A stretch of DNA of 64,000 bases from the NCBI GenBank assembly GCA_052426225.1, contig JBNJNM010000011.1, positions 1,984,001 to 2,048,000 of the forward strand, read 5' to 3'. The stretch is from Zancudomyces culisetae HAW-14-8 (taxonomy: Eukaryota > Fungi > Kickxellomycota). Position numbers and translations under genes: made by a program. Below the pieces are notes generated by a model. The model was not told the DNA's origin. It saw nothing but the letters and a program-made list of their open reading frames with translations, and did not search any database. Below are positions 45,210 to 56,645 of this stretch, one piece after another (the stretch's first letter is position 1; the number at the start of each line of letters is the position of its first letter).

Positions 45210-47432
45210 TGTCATATAGTGGCTAGACGAGGTTATGACTAGTTAATTAGTCATAACGTTATTTAATAAAGCCGCTACCTTGTGGGGATTAGTTTTTTAT
45301 ATCGATAAAGCAATGTAGTCGATACCTTTTTCTAATGACTCACAGTTATTAATTATTATTCATTAATATTTTTAGTCCAGATTTATTATTAGCAAACTTT
45401 ATTATATAAGTGATTTCTAATTGAATCAGGATATTGAGAATAATCAAAAAAAAAGTATAAAAAGCGTAGAATTTTATACAAAATAAAAAGATCGGACACA
45501 TAAAAAACTAGTTATACCGTCTATAATAACTTTAACAATACTTAGATAACAATAAGTATAAAGTCTAATATAATATAAATAGTAAATAAAATCAACAATA
45601 TTTCAGTGGCGCTCCCAGCTAGGCCTACACCTAGAAGAAACAGAATCATGATCACACCAAGCACATTCGAGGCAGACACCAAGGCAGACCCAAAGGAATG
45701 GGTAGAGAACTTCAGGCTTGTAGCTAAGCAAAATGGATGGAAAGAGGAAGACTGGGTAGACTTAGCAAGACTGTACTTAGGGAAAAAGGAAGTTCTCTGG
45801 TACAGGAAGAATACCTTGTCCTTCACCGATTGGGACACTTTTGGGGAACTGCTAGAAAAGAAGTACACTAACAAGGAAACCAAAGCTCAGGTTTGGTCAA
45901 GGCTCAAGGAAGTATGTCAGGCAGACTACAGTAGTATTGAAGAGTTAGAATTATAGGTTGAGCAACTCTGCACTAAGGCCGGAATTACTGATAAGGCAAC
46001 CAAAGTAAACATACTAATAAGCACATTAAGTTCTGAGTGCAAAGAGAAGGTTTTAGAATCAGAATATGAGACTTGGGACGATGTCGTAGAGATCGTACAA
46101 AAAGTTGAAAGAGCTAACAAGAAAGGAAATAAGAAAGTGGAGACTAAGGATACCAGCAGCAGAGCTAAGGAGGCTAAGGAATTAACTCGCAATGGAGCGA
46201 GTAGCAAAGGAAAATCGATCAAAGAAATGGCAAGGGACCCTGGACCCTATGCCGCCATGGTTAAAAAATTTGAGGAAATGAGCGTGAACTTATTAGCAAA
46301 AGTAGATGAAGTGATCGACAAAAAGTTAAAGACCTATAACACAGGTACCGCGCAAATCTACAAATGTTATTTCTGCCAAGAAGAGGGGCACCGAAGGTTT
46401 GAATGTCAAAAATGGAAGGCATTACAGAACCATGGACAGAGGACTGAATCGGGTACAAATGTAAACTTTATAGATCTTAAAAGACTGGAGAAGATGAGGA
46501 CCAAGAGATCTTTGCGGTGGAAAAGCGAAGACATGCATCGGGTCATGACAGGACCCCAGATACTAGAGCCAACAAAAGAGCGAACACCACGGTAACACCA
46601 GACTCCACTCCAGCTAATACAACGACTACTCGTACCGCTGAAGTGACAGGAGTGGAAGACATCAGAGAAGACATTCCGCTTAGAGTGCAGATGCATAAGA
46701 GATACTACAACAAGGCACCTGAGGTATCTACATCTTTTTCATTGAAGGAAGAATTGGAAAAGGCATTTCCCAGGATCAGTTTAATTCAATTATTAAATAA
46801 CTCTCCAGCACTATCCAAGGAATTAGTTAAGCTATGCGAATAAGAGATAGCCAGAAGCGTAATTAGGTATGAATCAGGGTTGTACGTGATGCTCAGATAA
46901 AGAATTCTATAGTCGTTTGAATGCAGTAAAGAAATCTGCAGCGTGATGCTAAAAATAAGGTAGAGCTAAAGTCGTATTTTTTATGGATTCAAATGGTACG
47001 TAGGCACAGGAAAAATCGGTCAGGTCAAGATTCGAACCAAGGTTTGGAAATCAGAAATTATGAATTATGAATAGTCATTGAACAATGGAAAGTGTTGTTT
47101 TAAGAGTATGTTACAATAGATTCGAGTGGATCGATCGGGACGATTCGATCTTAAACGGGGGGATCTGTCGTATAAAATATTATACGTTATAGATTTCTCA
47201 TCTATTGTAATTATTAGTGTTATTTCATTGGTTATTTATTTAATAGTTTTTGTAGTTGATTTTGTAGTATTTAAATCAATGAAATTTTTAGTTAAATAAA
47301 TTTGTCGTCTCTTGAATATAATAATAGTACATATAAATATTTATAAACAGTAACTATTAGCGGCCCGTCTCGTGTAGTGCTTGGAAGCCAATAGCTTTCA
47401 AGTAGGACGTAAAACATTTCTACTATACGACA
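45210..47432 (+). mobile_element. Chimeric, internally deleted Gypsy element G
   Basis: 5' LTR 45210-45605, PBS 45607-45624 (same as E), broken gag ~45648-46843 with CYFCQEEGHRRFEC, short 3' remnant, PPT, and a non-matching 3' LTR at 47166-47432. Confidence 0.85.
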
Positions 47433-47437
47433 CAGCA

Positions 47438-49494
47438 TGTTATATAGTGGCGTAGATCACCTCTAACCACGATATAATCGGCACTTCAATTAGGTTTGTT
47501 TATTTATATTATTTTTATTATTAATATTGTAGGTCAAAATATATGATCTGCTAAGGTTTATAATTAGTTTATTTAACATTACAAGGTTCTAGTTTAGTTT
47601 TTTTGATCTTCGGGTTTTTTCTAGATTAGAATTAATAAAAAAAAAAATAAGTTTTAATTATTATATAGTTTTATAGTAGTTTATTAAGTATTAGTTAGTT
47701 TTAAAGTTATAAATACTTGAAGTTTTTCAGTAAGTCGAAAGATATCAATAAATTCAGTTTTGATCTATCTACTAGAAGTCTATAACTTATATAATTTTAA
47801 ACTTGAATAAATATAGTTAAATACATATTTAGTTATCAAGGTAAATAACAGTTTTTAATTAAGGGGTTATAAAGAACCAACTCGTTTCAAGCTGTCGTAT
47901 ATTAATACGATGGGAACTAAAATTGATTGAGATTTATCATCTCAATTTTTATCTATCTAGTTATTGATTTTTATAGGTTATCTTTATTATTAGATTGGAC
48001 CTTTTTCCCCTTGTGGTTTTTGTCCAACGATTATTAGTTAGATAGTTTAAGTTATAGTTTCATAGTTTTATATCAGACATCGGGGGTAAAAGGAATCCCC
48101 CACTATATTCTAAATAAAAATTATCTTTCAACAAAATATTATTGTGTCTAGCTACAATATATACTATAAGTACAACATTATAAATAAATATACAATATAG
48201 TAGTAGTTTTAAATACATTAATAATCATAATAAGAATAAACAATACGGAAAGCTGTTTATTCGACAAAGCATGTCATATAAAATTGACGTGATTACCCCT
48301 GGACTACAATATTAGGTAATACCAGTTTCTCGTTTATTATTTATTAGTTATTATTTACTTGTGAGAAGATTGGACTTTTCTCCCGAAGAGGGTTTTATCT
48401 GACTTCTCTGATAATAGGTTCTTTTGTTATCAATTTTTTATTGAGTTAATTTTTAGATAGAAGTTAATATTTTATATATTTTATATATTTAATAAGCGAA
48501 ATAAATAAATAATATAATTTAATAAAAAAGACTGTCTACGCCTCCATAATTGTTAGTTACGCAACAAGATAGTTTAAACTCTCTCTTGAAAGTAAATAGC
48601 AAGGTGTTTAGACACTTATTACCCATAACGGATATAAAATATTTTAAATAATAAATAAAATATTACAAGCTGTTATATAGTGGAATTATATACCTGTATT
48701 TCCTTGTATTTTATTGGTTAATTTAATAAGTATTATTTTATGCATTAAATAGTCTAGTTTTGAATTAATTAATAAATTGTCTTTTTCTCCCAAAATAAAT
48801 ATAGTCCTAATATATACTAATAAAAGTCCCGTCCTGTATAATACTGGGTAATTATATTACTCAGTAGGAGGTTAAACATGTAATTATACAACACAGCATG
48901 TTGTATGCAAAAGCATCAACTTAAATTTACCGCTTTCATTGCAGCAAAATAGCAGAGAAATCAATTTTGAAAAAATTGTTTCCTGCGCAATTCAATTTAG
49001 AGTACAAAAATTATGACCATGTCATAAATTTTTGTCAACTTTACAGCCAATTTAATAGTACAAATTGATTTATTTTTTAGTCGAATCGATTTTATACTTT
49101 ATTAGTGGATTTATTTTTAATCAATTTTATTAGTAAATTATTAGTATAAATTGAAAAATTTGTAAATCCGACCAAAACCACACTAAAAGTAAAAATAAAC
49201 ATATATAGAGAGGCGTAATACTATTTTTTTAGTGTAAGGAAAGGGCCATTTTGGCTATATTTTCCAGGTTTTGGGAGGAATTCTTTTAAATAAAATTATT
49301 TTTACCAAAAATTGTGGAAATTGTCCAGTTGTGTTCTTTCCGAGGGGGTTTTATAGATAGTGGTTAACTAGCTAGAAATGGTAAATCCTGTGTCAGTAAT
49401 AACCACCCTTCTAGAGAACCGTGATTGATATTAGTGGAAGTTTTTTGGAAAAATCCTATTGGACTAGTACTAAAAAATGAAAACGAATTCAACA
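47438..49494. mobile_element. Five tandem solo LTRs upstream of tRNA-Ile (47438-47889, 47893-48266, 48272-48667, 48671-48893, 48899-49494)
   Basis: Each is TG...CA; spacers CAGCA, AGC, AAGCA, AGC, CAGCA, then AGTA-CAA-tRNA. Confidence 0.88.
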
Positions 49495-49501
49495 AGTACA
49501 A

Positions 49502-49575
49502 GCTCTGTTAGCTCAGCTGGTTAGAGCGTGGTGCTAATAACGCCAAGGTCACAGGTTCGATCCCTGTACAGAGCA
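49502..49575 (+). tRNA. tRNA-Ile(AAT)
   Basis: GCTCTGTTAGCTCAGCTGGTTAGAGCGTGGTGCT-AAT-AACGCCAAGGTCACAGGTTCGATCCCTGTACAGAGCA, 74 nt, followed by a T-run. Confidence 0.97.
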
Positions 49576-50199
49576 TTTACTTTTTGCTCAGTTATTTTGA
49601 TTTGTATACATTTTTTTTCAATGTTGATGTTGGTTTTTTTCGATAGTGAAAAGTCTTATAGTAGAGTTTCAGGACTACTAACGAAAGCGATACGGAGTTT
49701 TTGAAATTATCTATATTGTTATTTGTGATAGACGAAACTTACATCGTTTATATAGGCTAGTAGTTAGTCAAACTTAATCACATTAATACTCTAAACTAAA
49801 CTTTTATACATAATGCATTTTATGGCCTGTGAATATTACATTACTTAATCAGCATATTTTTATTCATATATAGTTTATAGTAGTTTGTTTAATAATATAG
49901 CAAAAAATTACAAGTCAAGAGATTTAGGCTTGAGTAAAGCAGACTTAATCTTTGCTTTACCGAGCTTAGTGATCATTATAGTTGAAATTTATTTTAATTC
50001 TTGACTTTTTTTTTTTACACTAAAGAGTTTGTTTAACATTATTTTAATAATTTTCTAACTTTTTGTTTTTACTGACAATAAGCATTTTTTATTAAACACA
50101 TTTATAAAAGATTAAATAAAATAATCACAACTCTTTTGCTATTATATTATTCAGCATGTTGTAATAACAAATATATATTGCAAAATGGTTTGGACTATT

Positions 50200-50640
50200 T
50201 GCGGATGGTATCGTGAGCAATCATATATATCCTGTTGGGCTCTTTGTTTGATAAAAAACATGATTTATGATATCAGCAAACGGATTTCGTGATTCTTCGG
50301 GATCTAACTCCACTGAAGCCGCTCCCGAACGATCACTATTAGATGATTATCGACCCTCATCTTTAGCTGTCTGTATCAATGCGGTTCAGATTTTACTCAC
50401 AAACCCTGGCATGTTTGTAATGCGATTTTAACAGTTTTCTTTTATCTTTATACTTGATATTTATTAACTAGTCGTAGCAGTATTTCAAATAAACTTAATT
50501 ATTACCATCTTTAACTTTTGTCCACAATTTTTACTATTTATCTTGTTTTCTTTTACTTATTAAAACTACTAGAATAGCTAAAAATCTTTTAGTGATTTTC
50601 CGTTGTTTATATATGATCCTACTTAATAAAAAACACCAAT
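50200..50640 (-). repeat. Degenerate dispersed repeat with coding remnant, copy 2
   Basis: Diverged match to ~480-900 in the same orientation. Confidence 0.6.
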
Positions 50641-52473
50641 GGCCATATTTAATCAAATTGTGTTATATTTAGAGCTACTCCATCTTTAGCTTGTGGTTAC
50701 TTTTTATCATACATTTTCAATATTTCATTTTACTCTGTATTAAACTATTGATACACCTATTTAAATACTTTTTTTAAGCTTTTTCTTAAACATTGTTCTA
50801 GTTTAATGTTAGTTATATGCTTATATTTTCTTTATTATTTTTCATTTTTAGTTTTTGAGTTTTCTTTACAATTTAGCTGATTTATATTGTTATTAAATTT
50901 TGTATTCTTGGTTTCTCAACCTTAACTCTTTGTATTCCGTATTAAATCCAACAACGCACTACTGTATGTTAGAATTTAAATCAAATTTATCCAAATGATT
51001 TACATATGGTTATTACTCTCCAATATTAGTTAATCAAATTTATATTTACAGATATTTATATATTATTGACTATTTAGTATTAACTGAGATGGGTAATGTG
51101 AGGATGACAGTTTATCTTGTACCTGAATAATAGAATAGTATAATTGATTTCGTTTTATTCAATACTTTCATATCTTTAGTCACTCTTTATATTGTTCCTG
51201 GTTATTTTATTTCTGGAATAAATGAATAAACAAAATATCATATATTATAGCTAATGTTTATTATGGCTCTTAAACCTAAGTTGTTCAATAAAGCGGTTAT
51301 CAGCCTGTACCTAAATATTCAAAGTTTAATTTTTTTGTATACTAGATTCTTTATGAAACTCGACTTTAGAATAGACATAGATTGGTAGAAATAAAAATTA
51401 AGGATCCATTCAACGCAATTTAGCTTGACTCAAGCAATTGATAAACCCAGGGATCTAGTATACAGTGATTTGCACCATATTGCAAAGTTGTAAAACAAAG
51501 TTTGTGGCATTGACTTGTGTAGGTATTTTTGAGATAGATAGTACTCTTTTGACAGCTTTTTTACGTTCTATAAAGTTGCTCACTAAGGTCAAACTGGATC
51601 CAAAAACTCGTTTCTTTTTGCCCGTATTAACGATGCAATTGGATCTTGAACATCAACTACTTTACATGTAAATACATTTAGAAATATTAAATATGATGGA
51701 ACTATTAAATAGCCGGTGGTAGGCTTTATACTATGTTGCGGTTCCTGAATAACTTGTGTTATTTGTATTATTTGTGTCTGACTACAAATTAAACAAATTC
51801 AGTAAAAACCGATAACATCCTTAAAACTAACACAATAAATTATTGAGACTCTACCCTTACTCAAAATGCTCAAAGAATAAGCACTTGTCTTTGCTATACT
51901 TGTCTTTGCTATACCCGTCTACTGTCTCTCTTCAATCCATTATCACTTACCAAGAATTAGCATGTCAGAAACAAGATTTTTAAAAGTACCAGTTCATCAG
52001 CAGTCAACTGCCTACTCGTATAGTTAAGACTCAATACTAACTCTCATTTGATTCAAAAATCAAGAATGTATCATCTGATTTTATCCAGTTTATTAAAGAT
52101 GTTAGCACATGAATTGTTACTAAATTTTTTAACACTTGTATGGATATACTCAACATATCCAGGGTTAGCAACCAGACCTTCTTTCTATGATATTTACATT
52201 AACTGCGGAGCTAAATATATCACAGGTCTATTCTAAATAATATCTAAAAAGTATTAGTCTAAATAGTTTTTTTTAGTTATTTTTCTTTGAATGGGTAGTA
52301 TATCCGTTTTATTTACTTTGTGCTTTTTTTTAAATATATTGTGGTCACAGTTGATTGTTAAAATGATTTTATTTTAAAATTACCTCTTCATGTTTTTTAA
52401 AAGAATGAAATTGAAATAAAAATCCATGCAGTTAACGTTTTATTTAATAGGATGAAAATCTAAAACCTAGAAA

Positions 52474-53028
52474 TTAGGTTCTCTTGACCTTGAGCCAAGC
52501 AAATGAAACTGCGTTTCCTCCAAGAACATCAGCTACATTGGCAATGGTCTTGGATGATGATCTGCGGACGATTTGACATTTTCCAGTACAATCCTTTGCT
52601 GCACAGACCACAATAACACCCTTTCCTGGCTTGGTCAATCCACTCTTCTTTCCAAGCTTGATTGATGCGAATTCATCAGTGTTGTAGCACTTTCCGCGTC
52701 TGACGCTGCGCTTGCTGATTTTTTGACCAAAGTTAGCAGCCTTGTACAATCTAACACTTGTTCTCTTGGCCTTGCGTCCACCACGGCCACTACCACGCAT
52801 ATCATTGAATTCACAACCAGACATATGATTATTGTATTCAGAATCGGCTAGGTCATTGTTGTATTCAGCATTAGCTAGGTCGTTGTTGTATTCAGCATTA
52901 GCAAGATCATTGTTGTATTTGGAATCGGCAAGGTCATTGTTGTATTCCTGCTGGGCATTGTTTAGTTTTACTGCACTGGCCATGGTTGAACCTAGGAGCA
53001 AGGCACTGACTAATACTGATTTGAACAT
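52474..53028 (-). CDS. Small secreted protein with acidic 9-aa repeats and basic Cys-containing C-terminal domain
   Basis: Signal peptide MFKSVLVSALLLGSTMA, five (EYNNDLAxx) repeats, Lys/Arg-rich domain with 4 Cys; TATATAA upstream on the minus strand (~53141-53147). Confidence 0.85.
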   Translation of the reverse strand: MFKSVLVSALLLGSTMASAVKLNNAQQEYNNDLADSKYNNDLANAEYNNDLANAEYNNDLADSEYNNHMSGCEFNDMRGSGRGGRKAKRTSVRLYKAANFGQKISKRSVRRGKCYNTDEFASIKLGKKSGLTKPGKGVIVVCAAKDCTGKCQIVRRSSSKTIANVADVLGGNAVSFAWLKVKRT

Positions 53029-55553
53029 TTTGGCTATTTGTGATTTGGTTTGGTTTTGTTTTGTTTTTGGTCTGTTTGTTTTTTTTTCTGGTTGAAATGA
53101 TGTTGTGTTTTGTTTAAATTATGTGGTAAAAACCTTACCTTTATATACTTTTGATAAAGGCACAATAGTCTCACAATTCACATTATTAATACACTAATAC
53201 ACAAGATAATGTTAATACCACTCAATATTTTTTATACGTTGTAATACATTAGTAAATTGTTTTTTGGAGGAGGCTTTGTACATCATTATTGTGGTATAGA
53301 ATAGCATCAATAACATATTATTATTAGTCTGTTATATATTCATACATCTAGCTTAATTGAATAAACTCACGTTTAAATTCTAGCAATTGTACATTTTTTT
53401 ATTTTGAGGGTAATTTAAAGTTATTCTGCTCTTGACCTGGTTTTTATTTGAAGCTGGTGTAGTTGAATAGATCTACGTTTATCAATTTTGCGTATTGGCG
53501 AAACACTAACTGAAATTTCACTGGCAGAGAATAAAAAATAGGATGAGACAAACTCTGTTTATAGTGTAAATAGTGGTTTTAGAAGATAATAGTTGTAATT
53601 TCGTTCGCCAGAGTTGTATCCATTCTCTTGTAGCAATTATATTGGAACAGCGAATTTGTAGATCAAGAAATATATTAATTTTGAAATGGACAATAAACTA
53701 GCCAATTTAACTTTTGTTAATAAAAGTTTACTGGGTATATTATGATCAACTAAAAAAATCAAGAACACTTTTGATAATAAGAAAAAGCCAGAATTTCGGT
53801 GATCAAGTTCGTTAAACTTCGTTGCTGCCACATATCAAAAGTTTAGGTATATAGTGAATTTAATTTATTTCCTAGAAATTAAATATGGATTAATTAAAAT
53901 CGAAATCTAGGCGTAGATTGAACCAACAGCTGGTACGTATGGAGTTCTTAGAAAGACAAAAAGAGAGTGATTGGATAACCATGTATGTTGCTTTATTGCT
54001 TCTATATTGCTGTTTATTTAATAAGTTCGTCGTGCAAGTGTAATATTTCTATAGACATATCCTCAATATCCATTTTTCTCATGGTTTTTTTCCTTTCAAA
54101 TCCTCTTCAGCCCTTCCGCAGAGTTTATAGACTTTGGGCTTAATTTATTATATCTGGGTAGTTCATTTCATGTTATTTGCTTATCATATGTTTGTTTTGA
54201 CAAGATAATCAAGTCTAATACTTCGTAGTAGCGTGTATGAATCAACTAGACTATGTGGTATACTAGCACAAATACCAAACATGCCGTAACTGTTTAGTAT
54301 TTTTTGGATGGTTTCAACTCTTGCAATTCTCTTTCTAGTTTCAAGTATCCAGCAAATATTTAAACTTGTTCTTAACTTGTCACGCCCAGAACTGAAAGAT
54401 TGGTGCTAGTGAATTTTTGTGTGAACGGCTCTTGGGTTCCTTGGCTTAATGGAAATAGGATATCAATTAATAACTGATCTGAACAAACGCTTATTGTTGG
54501 AAAACAACAGGTGATCATCATTTTTAGGCTTATGTGAAAATAAACTTATTGATCTAACTATCCAGAAGCTAATGAAAGCAAGGGTCTTTTGAACAGAACA
54601 ACTGATGCGTTGACTATGCTGAAACTGTTGATTAATGGTAGGATATACCCCTTTCTGTAACCAAAGAAAGTGCAAAAGTAAAAGCTGAAGCTAAATGTTA
54701 CAAAGTTGAGTAATGTTGATAAAGGAATTCGTCCAAGTCTTTTTGAGTTCATGTTACTATTTTTCATATTCTACACTCAACCAATGCTTATGGCTCTTCT
54801 ATGGTTATATTTACAGGAAAAGCGCATTTTACCAATATACTATCACTTTCAATTTGGTTAGGCTCCGAATGGATATGATACCAATCGAGCTCATTTACCA
54901 TCTATCTATTTCTCTTTTGTTGTATGCAATCTTTGTGTACCAAACCACCGCTTCCAGAAAAAATACAAAAAATAAAAGATGGAATTATCACTTTTCGATA
55001 ATTTTAATAGGCTGAAAATACACGATAGGTGTGACTGACTTTTTATTGATTTCATCAAGCTTTTTTACAGGTTTTATTTTGTTATTAATTTGTTGGTCGC
55101 TCAACAATTGGCATTACAAGCTTCTTGATTATGTCATATATTTGTTATTAAATCTGTTTTTTACTATTTCAGTTAAATCGTTTGATGCTGCGCATCAATT
55201 ACTAGGCCAAAAATACAATTAAATATATTTAGTCACCAAAAAAAAGTTTCAAATTCTAGAAAGCTTAGGAAATCCAATAAAGACAAAGAAAAGTTGTTAC
55301 ATCAAATTCAAATCAATAATCTAATAAACATTTAACCTAAACCAAATCAAAAACAAGTCCAAATCAATTTCATAGAACACTAAAACCAATAAGCGTCAAC
55401 AAGATAAAGTGAGATTGAAATAAAATTATTACCCATGATATGTATAAAAGGGGAACAGGCAGAATTCCAAGACATAAATCCCATCTTGATTTCCTTTTAT
55501 CCCTATAATATCGTATACCTTACAACTAATTAATAAAAAGACGGATTACTGAA

Positions 55554-56645
55554 ATGATGTTCTCTGTCAAACAATCAGTCTTAAAAGTGATAGTGACAAC
55601 GCTAGCCCTCTCTAGCCTGAACCCAGCGTCTGCTGCTGCGGTCAGCAACTCGGGTCTTGCCACCAACAATTTGGTTAATAGTACTACGGATTTACATAAC
55701 AATGCTCGAATTTTAGGTGGGGAGCCAGCAAAAATCGAAGAGTTCCCATATATGGGAGGTATAGTGGTACGATTTGGAGAATATAATATCTTCCGTTCGG
55801 GTTCATTGATTTCAGACAAGTTTGTGGTGACTATGAGCGATTTTTTGTATTTTGAAGATTCAGAGCTTGACGCTGGTGATATTTCAGTCACACTTGGCAC
55901 CGATATGAATAGCTATGAGGCAGATGTACAGTCATACAATGTAAAGAAATATTATGCTTTTCCAGAATATTCTACTTCAATATCAAAACAGCTAGTTAGT
56001 ATAGCATTGATTGAGCTGTCACAACCTGTACCAAAAGACGTTGCAACGCCAGCAACGATCTATAGCGGAAAAGTTACGGATGATATGATGTTGACTACTG
56101 CAGGTTGGGAATTGACTTCGCCTGGTGGAAAATTTGAACTTTCCCGTACTTTAAATAAAATAACTGTATCGCCTTCGTCTTCAAAAGATTGCGAGCTGGA
56201 AGTCGGACTTTGGACCGGTAATGACGGCCCTGTCATTTGTACAGTTGTTAAAGACAACAAAAGCGTGTACTACAGAGATTCCGGAGGACCACTAGTTTAT
56301 ACAGCTAATGGGGCCAATCTGCTTGTTGGTTTGGTCATCGGAGAGACTCGTCCCGATAATTCTACAGACATTGAACCTGGGGAAAATGGATCACTAAACT
56401 ACTTCATACGTTTATATAACTATGTTGACTGGATTGCGAATGTTACAGGCATTGATAAATCAATCCTTTTAGATGAAAAGCAGACAGCGCCTTCTGGCAA
56501 TTCTACCAATGTCAATTCTACCAATCCACAAGATAGCTTCAGTTCTACTGTGAACAGCTCCAGCTCAATATCAGTCAGTTTTCTTTCAAAACCGATTACA
56601 TCTCTTTTACTCGCAATTCCCCTTTTGGTTTTGTCATTGCTCTGA
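55554..56645 (+). CDS. Secreted, likely GPI-anchored trypsin-fold (S1) serine protease homolog, probably inactive
   Basis: Signal peptide, R-ILGG activation site, GW, DSGGPL; His and Asp motifs are degenerate; Ser/Thr/Asn stalk plus hydrophobic tail; TATAAAA at ~55443. Confidence 0.9.
   Translation: MMFSVKQSVLKVIVTTLALSSLNPASAAAVSNSGLATNNLVNSTTDLHNNARILGGEPAKIEEFPYMGGIVVRFGEYNIFRSGSLISDKFVVTMSDFLYFEDSELDAGDISVTLGTDMNSYEADVQSYNVKKYYAFPEYSTSISKQLVSIALIELSQPVPKDVATPATIYSGKVTDDMMLTTAGWELTSPGGKFELSRTLNKITVSPSSSKDCELEVGLWTGNDGPVICTVVKDNKSVYYRDSGGPLVYTANGANLLVGLVIGETRPDNSTDIEPGENGSLNYFIRLYNYVDWIANVTGIDKSILLDEKQTAPSGNSTNVNSTNPQDSFSSTVNSSSSISVSFLSKPITSLLLAIPLLVLSLL

Noticed and set aside
3461-49501. 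True CRISPR array or cas genes
   Set aside because: No 25-45 bp repeat-spacer array and no Cas-like ORF. The CRISPR comparison is only an analogy for polar growth.
53600-55250. Short ORFs and coding-like composition (also ~51300-52240, 56800-57800, 59400-61500)
   Set aside because: Possibly decayed genes or transposons, but no motif I can support.
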